This document shows, piece after piece, positions 1 through 14,200 of a DNA stretch of 64,000 nucleotides. Origin of the DNA: Balanoglossus misakiensis (taxonomy: Eukaryota > Animalia > Hemichordata); the NCBI GenBank assembly GCA_040954595.2, contig CM082578.2, positions 835,740-899,739 on the forward strand, in the 5' to 3' direction. Position 1 is the stretch's first letter. Every line of letters starts with the position of its first letter. The notes below the pieces were generated by a model, which saw nothing but the letters and a program-made list of their open reading frames with translations, had not been told where the DNA came from and ran no database searches. The position numbers and the translations under genes are program-made.

Positions 1-681
1 TGGATATCGTTTGGGAAATCATCCACTTGTTACACAGTTTATGAGGGGAGTTTATGTATCCAGACCACCCAGGTATGGGATGTTCAGCAAGTTTTGACTT
101 TTCTTCAGTCTTGGTCGCCATCCAAGGATTTGTCGCTGAAGTGTTTAACATTAAAAACTGTTATGTTAGTTGCGTTATGTACAGCAGGACGGTGTTCTGA
201 TTTGGCAAATCTCCAGTTGGAGTCTATTTCGTTATCCAAGGGATCAGCTGTTTTGCTTCCGGCTAGTTTGTCGAAGACAGACAGACAAGCCAAGAAAAGA
301 AGAATTGTTGTTTTACCAGCCTTCAAGAATGATCGAAGGTTATGTGTAGTCTATTATTTGGCTTCTTATTTGCGTCGGGTGCAGTCTTTACGCAAGCACA
401 AGAAGACCCTTTTCGTTAGTTTTGCGACAGGAAAACCTGTTTTGCCAAGTACCATAGCAAGATGGATTAAATTGGTGCTTCAGAAGAGTGGTATAGACAA
501 GGTCTTCTCAGCACATGAAACTAGAGCAGCAGTTACTTCAGCCCTTCATTTCAGAGGAGCCTCGTTACAGCAAATTATGGGTTTGGCGAATTGGTCCTCT
601 TCTAGAACCTTTGCTAAACATTACCAGTGTGAGGTATCATCATTGACTTCTCCAGTGTTGGACACCTTGGTAACCAAATAG
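1..681 (+). CDS. DIRS-type tyrosine recombinase, C-terminal part (5' partial)
   Basis: Catalytic motifs R (AGRCSDL), HxxR (AHETRAA), W (ANWSS), Y (FAKHY), plus LCVV and TIARWIK blocks typical of DIRS YR. Confidence 0.88.
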   Translation, partial: WISFGKSSTCYTVYEGSLCIQTTQVWDVQQVLTFLQSWSPSKDLSLKCLTLKTVMLVALCTAGRCSDLANLQLESISLSKGSAVLLPASLSKTDRQAKKRRIVVLPAFKNDRRLCVVYYLASYLRRVQSLRKHKKTLFVSFATGKPVLPSTIARWIKLVLQKSGIDKVFSAHETRAAVTSALHFRGASLQQIMGLANWSSSRTFAKHYQCEVSSLTSPVLDTLVTK

Positions 682-1114
682 GTGAGTTGACTACCTGTTG
701 TTCTCAGGTGCTTTGTCTTTAAAATCAGCTATGGAAATGAGGGAAGTGACTGAAGGATGTGAGAATAAATAAAAATTATACCACATCTTACTGTTACAGG
801 ATAATTGTGGTTATTCTCTCATCCTGGAGGAATGAACCGAATTGAAGTAGCTCCCACCTCCCACCCAAAAATTATGTTTTCTGTTTGTCTTTTCTTAGTT
901 TCAGGCTTTTAAAGATGGTTGCTCGTCCGTAAGGCAGGTGTATATGGGATATTATTTAAATATTCATGTCATAGGTCATAGGTTATTTCTTTGAAAGGGC
1001 TGTGTCTACGCCGAGGTCAAGGGAAGACAGCTACTTCAATTCGGTTCGTTCCTTCAGGATGAGAGAATAACCACAATTATCCTGTAACAGTAAGGTGTGG
1101 TATAATTTTTATTT
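1..1114 (+). mobile_element. DIRS1-like tyrosine-recombinase retrotransposon, right end (5' part outside window)
   Basis: YR ORF followed by an internal complementary region (767-852) that is the near-perfect reverse complement of the terminal 1029-1114; ends in TTT as DIRS1 elements do. Confidence 0.88.
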
Positions 1115-1640
1115 TCAATGTCTTTGGTTAATGTCAGAAGAAGCTTTCCTCCGACTGCTGTTGCCACTACTGTTCCCGGCGGTATGGTAACGTTGTCATC
1201 GGTCAGGTTTACTAAACAGATGATTGGGGGCTGCCCCTTTTTACAGAATGTCCGGGGCATAATGACGTCACCTAGTTTCACTGGTTCCACTATGTAGTCG
1301 GGCATGTCCATGTCGATTGTCCCTGTCACCCTGGTCACGGAGTTCGGAGACAGGATAGTGCATGGAGCGACTGATATGTAAGCCACGTGCCACAGTGGTC
1401 TGGTCCCCTTGCAGCAACGGGACATGCTGTTCTCCCACCTGGAGGAAGTTTTCTCGCTTGTGGAGGATGACCTGCTTGGATCGAAGTTGGTCTACTCCCA
1501 GCAGCATGGTGTCTCCTATTGGGCCAACATATATATTTTCTCGAAAGGCAGTGCTCTCTAACTTCAGGTTCACTGGTCCAATTTTGAATCCTCTCATGGA
1601 CGAGTCTCTTCTGGCTAGGTGTACTTTGACAACAAGCTTT
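1115..1640 (-). pseudogene. Gypsy-like LTR retrotransposon pol remnant (aspartyl protease C-terminus and linker), frameshifted
   Basis: Two overlapping ORFs: ...IYVGPIGDTMLLGVDQL (protease ILGxD motif) and ...CLVNLTDDNVTIPPGTVVA; truncated by the DIRS end. Confidence 0.65.
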
Positions 1641-3654
1641 TTCACTCCACAAGTGGCTGTGTGATGTTTTCCGGGGGTCTTCGTATTTTTTGCCCGTCAA
1701 AGGGGGGGGGGGTCATCATTTGTTGGTCCTGGGGGAAAGGGGGTTCTGCTTGATTTTGAAAACCGATGACACAAACTTGCCGACCCCCCCCCCCCCCCCC
1801 CACTTCCAACCGTAAAAACTGAACCGCCCCTAAAGAAATAAAAAATGCCATAACCAGTGAATGGTCACTCGCAATATTTGGTTTTTAATGTTTACTCGAC
1901 CCTTTAGTCGACAGCCCATGTGGATATACCAGTCCGGTAACCGTTGACATCAATCAGATTAAAATCAGATGTAGAATGTGGCGCCGTCTTTACCTTTGCT
2001 TATTCTTGGCTATTCCTGAAAAGGACGAGAGTGGCCCGTTGCCGTTTTATAAGAGGACACCCCTAGCGCAAAGACAAATCCTGAGGTATCGAGAATTAAA
2101 ATACAAACGTTTTCTTGTGACGTGGGTACCGCCATACAATGTAAGGACAACACTCTTGTTGCCCTTTCTTCTATAAAAGTGAGTTTTCATACATGTTGCT
2201 TGATAAGTCTCCCCAAGCGTCGAAAAATCAATGTACTGGACTTTGCAGTTTTGGGAGCCATATTGCCAAGTTCACAAAGTAGCCGGAAAGGTTATGACAA
2301 AGCCTGAGAATGACGCATGCGCACTTGGCAGCCTTGTCGCCTGTAGTGAGACAAACGCTAAACAGAACATGCAAGTCAAATTCATGATTCTATTAATTAA
2401 GATAAGCTGTCGCTTGAAATTCGGAAGAGCGATAAATGACGACTGGACTGGCTTTGAGGTACACGCCCACGCGGCAGTTTTGCTTGAAAATTATTAAAAC
2501 GTATTGGGCGATATGGGATTCTAGACGGCAACAGACGTCGACTTCACCATCGAAAGAGTGATTTTACGTGTTGTGGGTATGGGCATGGCGCTGGCCCTTT
2601 AAATACACACAATAAAGAGTAAGCAATTGGGTTGATCACAATACATCTCAACTAAGCAAACAGCGCAAAAGTATTAATTTGTATAACTACGGGCGGCCAT
2701 GCACATTTTAATGAACTCATTGTTGAATCATGAACAGTACTAGATCGAGAATGGATTTGTCTTTCTATTACATCATCACCGTCATGTCATTGCCTTGGTG
2801 CTGGCTATATCATGTTTACATTTATCCTCTGATTTGAAGACTTAAGCAGTACGTATCTGGAAAGACGAAAAATAAAAACAATATGGACTCAGTGAAAACT
2901 CAAAAATTAAAAATCATGCAAATTCCCCTTGTTATTATGTGGTCTCTAGTGTAAGCAAAATGTCGATCCGTTAGCCTCCATGTAACAATAAAATCACAAC
3001 ATGAGTTCCAACTTTGTGTATTTTTAAATTGATGACTATATTCACCGCGCACCTGGAATTCCACAGACGAAGCCCTTTGGTTTGACGTCGCAGTATTTGT
3101 CATCCCATAAACCCATGTGCCCATTTCGATACCTGTAAGATATCAACGGTTGCACTGCGATTGGTACCTGCGTGTTTGGAGACATCGGTTTTTATTAATA
3201 CTGTAAGCATGTGATCTTGATTTAGAAAACCGAAAAAGATACCGTATAACTGATGCATATAACAAAAATACATAACGTTACGGGTGGTAATGAACCTGTC
3301 ACGGCCCTGATTCACCATCTTCGCTTGAATCCACAAGTACTGTCTTTCCATTAACGACATATTTGCTATCATTGCTAATACTCGTACAAATAGTTCACAA
3401 ATCATGAAATTTATATTTTTAGACTACACGTACACAGGAAACCCCTTACAGCCCTGTACTATTATCATGTCTGTCACATGGATTTACACAGCCGTGTACC
3501 AGCTATGTTGGCACACAGACTCTGTACCAGCTATGTAAAAAGAAATGATGTTACATGTGTGCTTAAATCACTTCTGTCACATACCTTTATTTTACAGCTA
3601 TGTAGTTTGCATGTGTGAAGCTATGAATAAGATGTGTGAGAAAAAGTCCTGTGT

Positions 3655-3820
3655 CATACCCTTTTTCACACAGCCCTGTACCAGGGGTGTACGTACACAC
3701 GCTGGACCAGTCGTATTTCACACAGCCCTGTAACAGGTGTGCACGTACACACGGCTGGACCAGTCGTATTTCACACAGCCCTGTAAAAGGGGTGTACACA
3801 CGGCTGGACCAGTCATACAC
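3655..3820. repeat. Minisatellite, ~55-bp unit, ~3 copies
   Basis: Repeated tttcacacagccctgta...acacacggctggaccagtc. Confidence 0.8.
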
Positions 3821-4025
3821 ATGCTGTACTGGGGAGTCTCATGATATTTCGTTTCTTTTAGACAGTTAGTTGTACTTTTATTGGGCTCAAAGGTTACGCC
3901 TCAGCTCATACGAACTCAGAGTGCTTGATGTCAAAGGTCAAATCCCCTATTCAAATCCTCCATGTATTTTTCATTTGACGTATATATGCTTTAGCTGGAG
4001 CAGTCAAACCCGGGACTCAAACTCA

Positions 4026-5270
4026 TTACGGGCCCAAGCCAAGACAGGCTTGGGCCCGTATTGGTTTTGTTGGGGTTTTTCTTTCTTTCTTTCTTTAGGG
4101 CCCAAGCGCACACCAGCGCTTGGGCCCTATTGGTTTTGCTGGGTTTTTTTACGGGCCCAAGCCAAGCCAGGCTTGGGCCCGTATTGGTTTCGTTGGGGTT
4201 TTTAGGGCCCAAGCGCACGCAAGCGCTTGGGCCCTATTGGTTTCGTTGGGTTTTTTTACAGGCCCAAGCCAAGCCAGGCTTGGGCCCGTATTGGTTTCGT
4301 TGGGGTTTTTCAGTCTTTCTTTAATTTCTTTAGGGCCCAAGCCCATACCAGCGCTTGGGCCCTATTGGTTTCGTTGGGGTTTTTTAGGGCCCAAGCACAT
4401 ACCAGCGCTTGGGCCCTATTGGTTTCGTTGGGTTTTTTTAGGGCCCAAGTGCATACCAGCGCTTGGGCCCTAATGGTTTCGTTGGGGTTTTTCTGTCTTT
4501 CTTTAGGGCCCAAGCGCACACCAGCGCTTGGGCCCTATTGGTTTCGTTGGAATTTTTAGGGCCCAAGCGCACGCAAGCGCTTGGGCCCTATTGGTTTCGT
4601 TGGGGTTTTTAGGGCCCAAGCGCAAGCAAGCGCTTGGGCCCTATTGGTTTCGTTGGAATTTTTAGGGCCCAAGCGCAAGCCAGCGCTTGGGCCCTATTGG
4701 TTTCGTTTGGGTTTTTCAGTCTTTCTTTCTTTCTTTCCTTCTTTAGGGCCCAAGCGCACGCAAGCGCTTGGGCCCTATTGGTTTCGTTGGAATTTTTAGG
4801 GCCCAAGCGCGTGCAAGCGCTTGGGCCCTATTGGTTTCGTTGGGGTTTTTAGGGCCCAAGCGCAAGCAAGCGCTTGGGCCCTATTGGTTTCGTTGGAATT
4901 TTTACGGGCCCAAGCCAAGCCAGGCTTGGGCCCGTATTGGTTTCGTTGGAATTTTTAGGGCCCAAGCGCAAGCAAGCGCTTGGGCCCTATTGGTTTCGTT
5001 GGGGTTTTTTAGGGCCCAAGCGCACGCAAGCGCTTGGGCCCTATTGGTTTCGTTGGAATTTTTCTTTCTTGCTTGCTTTCTTTCTTTCTTTAGGGCCCAA
5101 GCGCTTGCTTGCGCTTGGGCCCTATTGGTTTCGTTGGGGTTTTTACGGGCCCAAGCCAAGCCAGGCTTGGGCCCGTATTGGTTTCGTTGGAATTTTACTT
5201 TCTTTAGGGCCCAAGCGCATACCAGCGCTTGGGCCCTATTGGTTTCGTTGGGGTTTTTCTGTCTTTCTTC
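4026..5270 (+). repeat. Array of 21 HINE-type 5' hairpin heads (~53-bp unit) with interspersed (TTTC)n
   Basis: Unit (a/ac)gggcccaagc-N-gcttgggccc(t/gt)attggtttcgttgg; 16 of the agggcccaagcgc type and 5 of the acgggcccaagcc type. Confidence 0.9.
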
Positions 5271-8200
5271 TTTCTTTATTCTTCTGTCATTTCTTTGTCG
5301 CTCTAGATCTCAGACACCGCTGCAGGTACACTTCTCAAACTTGCTACAGTGGTCAAGGGCAATGGGTAGTCGTGCATTGAACTCTTGAATTTTAAATTAG
5401 TCACGTGACATGGCGGCCATATTGGATTTTCTGAAAAAATGCAAATCTCAGATCTCAGAAACTACATGTCAGATTTACTTCAGATTTGGTGTGCGGGTAG
5501 TGTACCTTCTGCCCATCATTTTTGTAATTGGATATTTTGCTGTCAATGTTGCAGTTTTTTTGCTACAGTTGTTTTTCTGAAATCTGGTCAAAATTTCAAA
5601 AATCTTCTTCTCCAGAACCGACGATAACCGAGTCACGCGGTTTGGGATATGTGGTCACCAAACTGAGGTCTATCAAGTTTGCGAAGATCATTGTGATTGG
5701 TCGAAGATTATGGCGGCCATATTGGATCTTCGAAAAACCCTAGTAAAATTTCAAAAATCTTCTTCTCAAGAACCGGCGATAACTGAGTCACAAGATTTGG
5801 TGTGTGTGGTCAGTAAACAGATGTCTATCAAGTTTGCGAAGAGGAATGTGATTGGTCGAAGATTATGGCGGCCATATTGGATTTTGTGAAAAACGATTAA
5901 AAAGTAAAAATTCCCTTTCTTGCCTAAAAATTAATAGCACAGAAATTCTTTTTATGGATATGAATCATCATATGCCAAGAATAAGCTATAAATATTTTGG
6001 TAATTTTGGCAATGACCTTTGACCTACTTTTGACGCATCATTTTTCTGCATATCTAGTTCCAGGCTAACCAATGGGGCTATAAGTTTGGTTTTTGATGTA
6101 TGTGGATTTGTATGTGATCAAAAAATGTTGCTACTTTTCATGACCCCTTTGACCTCTGCTGACCTCATTAAATATGCACATACCTAATTAACGATGAACC
6201 AATAGACCTAGAGGTTTTGTTTTTGTTATACATGGACCAGTATGGGGTCAAAATATTTTGCCCAAATGTTGGGTGACCTCGGGTGACCTTTGACCTACTT
6301 TTGCATATCTCGACATCCATAGCAGATACAGCCTTGGCGTTTGGAGGTATGGGGCCATAATGAAAAGCCAAAGTTTTGGGTCACCTGTGACACCTGCTTA
6401 ACTCATTATTTATGTGCATACCTAATTCCGGGCTAACCAAAAGGGCTAGAGGTCTGGTTTTTGTTGGACATGGACCACTATGGGTCAAAATTTTCTGCCC
6501 AAATTGTGGGTGACCTCTGGGTGACCTTGACCTACTTAAAACTATATCAACACCAAATATAGATATAACCTTGATATTTCATGGGATAAAACACAGCATT
6601 ATGTTTCTACTCATTAATTATGTGCATATCTAATAATCAGATCAGATAATAGAGCTTGGGCCCGGACAATGCTGCTTGCAGCTTTAATTCTTTCTTTATT
6701 CTTGTGTCAATTCTTTGACCCACGAGATCTCAGACACCGCTGCAGGTACACTTCTGAAACTTGCTACAGTGGTCAAGGTCAATGAGTAGTCGTGCATTGA
6801 ACCCTTGAATTTTTAATTAGTCACATGACCTGGCGGCCATCTTGGATTTTCTGAAAAAATGCAAATCTCAGATCTCAGAAACTACAAGTCAGATCGACTT
6901 CAAATTTGGCATGCTGGTAGACTACCTTCTTGCAATCATTTTTGTAATTGGAAATTATACTGACAAAGTTGCAATTTTTTGCTACAATTTTTTTTCTGAA
7001 ATCTGGCTTAAATTTCAAAAATCTTCTTCTCCAGAACCAGTGATAACCGAGTCACGCGGTTTGGGGTATGTGGTCACCTAACTGATGTCTATCAAGTTTG
7101 CGAAGATCATTGTGATTGGTTGAAGATTATGGCAGCCATATTGGATTTTCGAAAAACCATAGTAAAATTTCAAAAATCTTCTTCTCAAGAACCGGCGATA
7201 ACTGAGTCACAAGATTTGGTGTGTGTGGTCATTAAACAGATGTCTATCAAGTTTGCGAAGAGGAATGTGATTGGTCGAAGATTATGGCGGCCATATTGGA
7301 TTTTGTGAAAAACGATTAAAAAGTAAAAATTCCCTTTCTAGCCTTAAAATTGATAGCACAGAAATTCTTTTTACGGATATGAATCATCATATGCCAAGAA
7401 TAAGCTATAAATATTTTGGTAATTTTGGCAATGACCTTTGACCTACTTTTGACGCATGATTTTTCTGCATATCTAATTCCAGGCTAACCAATAGGGCTAT
7501 AAGTTTGGTTTTTGATGTATGTGGATTTGTATGTGATCAAAAAATGTTGCTACTTTTCATGACCCCTTTGACCTCTGGTGACCTCATTAAATATGCACAT
7601 ACCTAATTACAGATGAACCAATAGACCTAGAAGTTTTGTTTTTGTTATACATGGACCAGTATGGGGTCAAAATATTTTGCCCAAATTTTGGGTGACCTCG
7701 GGTGACCTTTGACCTACTTTTGCATATCTTGACATCCACAGCAGATACAGCCTTGGCGTTTGGAGGTATGGGGCAATAATGAAAAGCCAAAGTTTTGGGT
7801 CACCTGTGATACCTGCTTAACTCATTAATTATGTGCATACCTAATTCTAGGCTAACCAAAAGGGCTAGAGGTCTGTTTTTTGATGGACATGGACCACTAT
7901 GGGTCAAAATTTTCTGCCCAAATTTTGGATGACCTCAGATGACCTTTGACGTACTTTTGCATATCTCGGCATCCAAAGCAGGTACAGCCTTGGCATTTGG
8001 AGGTATGGGGCCATAATGAAAAGCCAAAGTTTTGGGTCACCTGTGACACCTGCTTTACTCATTATTTATGTGCATACCTAATTCTAGGCTAACCAAAAGG
8101 GCTAGAGGTCTGTTTTTTGTTGGATATGGACCACTATGGGTCAAAATTTTCTGCCCAAATTTTGGATGACCTCGGGTGACCTTTGACCTACTTTTGCATA

Positions 8201-11200
8201 TCTTGACATCCACAGCAGATACAGCCTTGGCGTTTGGAGGTATGGGGCCATAATGTAAAGCCAAAGTTTTGGGTCACCTGTGACACCTGCTTAACTCATT
8301 AATTATGTGCATACCTAATTCTAGGCTAACCAAAAGGGCTAGAGGTCTGTTTTTTGATGGACATGGACAACTATGGGTCAAAATTTTCTGCCCAAATTTT
8401 GGATGACCTCAGATGACCTTTGACGTACTTTTGCATATCTCGGCATCCAAAGCAGGTACAGCCTTGTCATTTGGAGGTATGGGGCCATAATGAAAAGCCA
8501 AAGTTTTGGGTCACCTGTGACACCTGCTTTACGCATTATGTATGTGCATACCTAATTCCAGGCTAACCAAAAGGGCTAGAGGTCTGGTTTTTGTTGGACA
8601 TGGACCACTATGGGTCAAAATTTTCTGCCCAAATGTTGGGTGACCTCTGGGTGACCTTTGACCTACTTAACACTTTAACAGCACCAAACATACATATAAC
8701 CTTGATATTTCATGGGATAAAACAGCATTATGTTTCTACTCATTAATTATGTGCATATCTAATATCAGATCAGATAATAGAGCTTGGGCCCGGACAATGC
8801 TGCTTGCAGCTTTAATTCTTTCTTTCTTTCTTTCTTTCTTTTTTCTTGTGTCAATTCTTCGGCCAACTAAATCTCTGAAACTACTGCAGGTACACTGCTC
8901 AAACTTGCTACAGTGGTCAAGGTCTATGAGTAGATGTGCAGTGACTTGTGAATACTTAATTAGTCACGTGACCTGGCGGCCATATTGGATTTTCTGAAAA
9001 AAATCAAATCTCAGATCTCAGAAACTACAAGTCAGATCGACTTCAAATTTGGCATGCAGGTAGACTACCTTCTACCCATCATTTTTGTAATTGGAAATTT
9101 TGCTGTCAATGTTGCAGTTTTTTTGCTACAATTTTTTTTCTGAAATCTAGCTTAAATTTCAAAAATCTTCTTCTCCAGAACCGGTGATAAGCGAGACACA
9201 AGGTTTGGGGTATGTGGTCACCTAACTGATGTCTATCAAGTTTGCGAAGATCATTGTGATTGGTCGGAGATTATGGCGGCCATATTGGATTTTCGAAAAA
9301 CCATAGTTAAACTCCAAAAATCTTCTTCTCCAGAACGGGCGATGACTGAGTCGCAAGATTCGGGGAGTATGGTCACTACACTGATGTCTATCAAGTTTGC
9401 AAAGAGCATTGTGATTGGTCGAAGATTATGGCGGCCATATTGGATTTTGTAAAAAGCAGTGAAAAATTAAAATTCCTTTTTCTAGTATAAAAATTGATAG
9501 CATACAAATTCTTTTAATGGATATCATTCGTCATATGACTACAATATGTTACAAATTTTTGGCGATTTTTCACATGACCTTTGACCTACTTTTCACACAT
9601 TATTATTTCTGCATATCTAATTCCAGGCTAACCTATAGGGCTAGACGTTTGGTTTTTGATGCATGTGGATTAGTGTGTGATCAAAATATTTTGCTACTTT
9701 TCATGACCCCTTTGACCTCTGCCGACCTCATTAATTATGTGCATAGCTAATTACAGGCGAACCAATACAGCTAGAGGTTTGGTTTTTGTTGAACATGGAC
9801 CAGTATGGGGTCAAAATTTTTTGCCCAAATGTTGGGTGACCTCTGGTGACCTTTGACCTACTTTCGCATATCTCAACGTCCAGAGCAGATACAGCCTTGG
9901 CATTTGGCAGGATGGGACCTAAATGTAAAGCCAAATTTTTGGATCACCTGTGACACCTGCTGACCTCATTAAATATGCACATACCTAATTACACGCGAAC
10001 CAATAGAGCTAGAGTTTTGGCTTTTGTTGGACATGGCCCAGCATGGGTCAAAAATTTTTGCCCAAATGTTGGTGATCTCAGGTGACCTTTGACCTACTTT
10101 ACCCTATTTCAGCCGCAAAAATACACACGTCCTTGTTATGTCATGAGATAATACACCCGATAGAAAATTCTGTTTCTTCTCATTCATACTGCGCATATAT
10201 AATTCAAGATCAGCGCTTGGGCCCGACAATGCTGCTCGCAGCTTTAATTCTTTCTTTATTCTTGTGTCAATTCTTCGGCCAACTAAATCTCAGAAACTAC
10301 TGCAGGTACACTGCTCAAACTTGCTACAGTGGTCAAGGTCTATGAGTAGATGTGCAGTGACTTGTGAATACTTAATTAGTCACGTGACCTGGTGGCCATA
10401 TTGGATTTTCTGAAAAAATTCAAATCTCAGATCTCAGAAACTACAAGTCAGATCGACTTCAAATTTGGCATGCAGGTAGACTACCTTCTGCCCATCATTT
10501 TTGTAATTGGAAATTTTGCTGTCAATGTTGCAGTTTTTTTGCTACAATTTTTTTTCTGAAATCTGGCTTAAATTTCAAAAATCTTCTTCTCCAGAACCAG
10601 TGATAACCGAGACACGGGGTTTGGGGTATGTGGTCACCTAAGTGATGTTTATCAAGTTTGCGAAGATCATCGTGATTGGTCGAAGATTATGGCGGCCATA
10701 TTGGATTTTCGAAAAACCATAGTTAAACTCCAAAAATCTTCTTCTCCAGAACGGGCGATGACTGAGTCGCAAGATTCGGGGAGTATGGTCACTACACTGA
10801 TGTCTATCAAGTTTGCAAAGAGCATTGTGATTGGTTGAAGATTATGGCGGCCATATTGGATTTTGTAAAAAGCAGTGAAAAATTGAAATTCCGTTTTCTA
10901 GTCCAAAAATTGATAGCATACACATTCTTTTTATGGATATCAATCGTCATGTGACTAAAATATGTTACAATTTTTTGGCGATTTTTCACATGACCTTTGA
11001 CCTACTTATCACGCGTTATTATTTCTGCATATCTAATTCCAGGCTAACCTATAGGGCTACACGTTTGGTTTTTGATGCTTGTGGATTAGTGTGTGATCAA
11101 AATATTTTGCTACTTTTCATGACCCCTTTGACCTCTGCTGACCTCATTAATTATGTGCATAGCTAATTACAGGTGAACCAATAGAGCTAGAGGTTTGGTT

Positions 11201-14200
11201 TTTGTTGGACATGGACAAGTATGGGATCAAAATTTTTTGCCCAAATGTTGGGTGACCTCTGGTGACCTTTGACCTACTTTCGCATATCTCAGCATCCAGA
11301 GCAGATACAGCCATGGCATTTGATAGGATGGGACCAAAATGTAAAGCCACATTTTTGGGTCACCTGTGACACCTGCTGACCTCATTAAATATGCACATAC
11401 CTAATTACACGCGAACCAATAGAGCTAGAGTTTTGGTTTTTGTTGGACATAGACCAGTATGGGTTCAAAATTTTTTGCCCAAATGTTGGGTGACCTCAGG
11501 TGACCTTTGACCTACTTCACCCTATTTCAGCAGCAAAAATACACACATCCTTGTTATGTCATGAGATAATACATCTGATAGAAAATTCTGTTTCTTCTTA
11601 TTCATACTGTGCATATATAAATCAAGATCAGCGCTTGGGCCCGACAATGCTGCTCGCAGCTTTAATTCTTTCTTTCTTTATTCTTGTGTCAATTCTTTGA
11701 CCCACGAGATCTCAGACACCGCTGCAGGTACACTTCTGAAACTTGCTACAGTGGTCAAGGTCAATGAGTAGTCGTGCATTGAACCCTTGAATTTTTAATT
11801 AGTCACGTGACCTGGCGGCCATCTTGGATTTTCTGAAAAAATGCAAATCTCAGATCTCAGAAACTACAAGTCAGATCGACTTCAAATTTGGCATGTTGGT
11901 AGACTACCTACTGCCCATCATTTTTGTAATTGAAAATTATGCTGACTAAGTTGCAGTTTTTTGCTACAATTTTTTTTCTGAAATCTGGCTTAAATTTCAA
12001 AAATCTTCTTCTCCAGAACCGGTGATAACCGAGACACAGGGTTTGGTGTATGTGGTCACCTAACTGATGTCTATCAAGTTTGCGAAGATCATTGTGATTG
12101 GTCGAAGATTTTGGCGGCCATATTGGATTTTCGAAAAACCCTAGTAAAATTTCAAAAATCTTCTTCTCAAGAACCGGCGATAACCAAGTCACAAGATTTG
12201 GTGTGTGTGGTCATTAAACAGATGTCTATTAAGTTTGCTAAGAAGAATGTGATTGGTCGAAGATTATGGCGGCCATATTGGATTTTGTGAAAAACGATTA
12301 AAAAGTAAAAATTGCCTTTCTAGCCTAAAAATTGTTAGCACAGAAATTCTTTTTATGGATATGAATCATCATATGACAAGAATAAGCTATAAATATTTTT
12401 GTAATTTTGGCAATGACCTTTGACCTACCTTTGACGCATCATTTTTCTGCATATCTAATTCCACTCTAACCAATAGGGCTATAAGTTTGGTGTTTGATGT
12501 ATGTGGATTTGTATGTGATCAAAAAATGTTGCTACTTTTCATGACCTCTGCTGACCTCATTAAATATGCACATATCTAATTACAGATGAACCAATAGACC
12601 TAGAGGTTTTGTTTATGTTATACATGGACCAGTATGGGGTCAAAATATTTTGCCCAAATAATTGGTGACCTCGGGTGACCTTTGACCTACTTTTGCATAT
12701 CTCGACATCCACAGCAGATACAGCCTTGGCGTTTGGAGGTACATGTATGGGGCCATACGGAAAAGACAAAGTTTTGGGTGACCTGTGACACCTGCTTGAC
12801 TCATTATTTATGTGCATACCTAATTCTGGGCTAACCAAAAGGGCTAGAGGTTTTGTTTTTGTTATACATGGACCAGTATGGGGTCAAAATATTTTGCCCA
12901 AATGTTGGGTGACCTCGGGTGACCTTTGACAAACTTTTGCATAACTTGACATCCACCGCAGATACAGCCTTGGCGTTTGGAGGTATGGGGCCATAATGAA
13001 AAGCCAAAGTTTTGGCTCACCTGTGACACCTGCTTAACTCATTATTATGTGCATACCTAATTCTGGGCTAACCAAAAGGGCTAGAGGTCTGGTTTTTGTT
13101 GGACATGGACCACTATGGGTCAAAATTTTCTGCCCAAATTTTGGGTGACCTCAGATGACCTTTGACCTACTTTTGCATATCTCGACATCCACAGCAGATA
13201 CAGCCTTGGCGTTTGGAGGTATGGGGCCATAATGAAAAGCCAAAGTTTTGGGTCACCTATGACACCTGCTTAACTCATTATTTATGTGCATACCTAATTC
13301 CGGGCTAACCAAAAGGGCTAGAGGTCTGGTTTTTGTTGGACATGCACCACTATGGGTCAAAATTTTCTGCCCAAATTTTGGGTGACCTCAGATGACCTTT
13401 GACCTACTTAACACAATATCAGCACCAAACATAGATATAACCTTGATATGTCATGGGATAAAACACAGCATTATGTTTCTACTCATTAATTATGTGCAGA
13501 TCAGATAATAGAGCTTGGGCCCGGACAATGCTGCTTGCAGCTTTAATTCTTCTTCTTCTTCTTCTTCCGAGAAATTCGGCCAGGTAGATCTGGAAAACCG
13601 CTGCACCTAGGGGGCTAAACTTGGTAGGGTGATAGGGGCCAATGAGTAGACGTGCAGTGGCTCGTGAATATTTAATTAGTCACGTGACCTGGCGGCCATA
13701 TTAGATTTCCTGAAAATCGTTAAACGAGTCCTTCTCAAATTTGGTGTGCAGGTAGCCTACCTTCTGTCCATCATTTTACCCCCTTGAAATCATGACGTCA
13801 CACATAAAGTTTTTTTGCTACAATTGTTTTTCTGAAAAACTACTTAAAACTTTAAAAATCTTCTTCTCCAGAACCAGCGATTGCCGATTCACGGGATTCG
13901 GGGTATGTGGTCACCTAACCTATGTTTATCAAGTTTGCGAAGCGCACTGTGATTGGTCGATCATTATGGCGGCCATGTTAAATTTTCGGAAAACCATTGA
14001 AAAATGTTGACAGCACGTAAATTCTTGTTTTGGATATGAGTCATCATATGACCGGAAGTTGTTACAATTTTTCGGGGCAATTATGACATGACCTTTGACC
14101 CAGTTTTAAAACAACTAATTATATATGCATATTCCCCATACCTCCTATTGTAAAAGCACCACAGTCATGAATTTTGTGGACATGGGTACCAATGCTGCCA

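Noticed and set aside
4026-5270. CRISPR-like array of palindromic repeats
   Set aside because: No unique spacers, no cas genes, eukaryotic context; the palindrome matches the subterminal repeat of the downstream HINE bodies.
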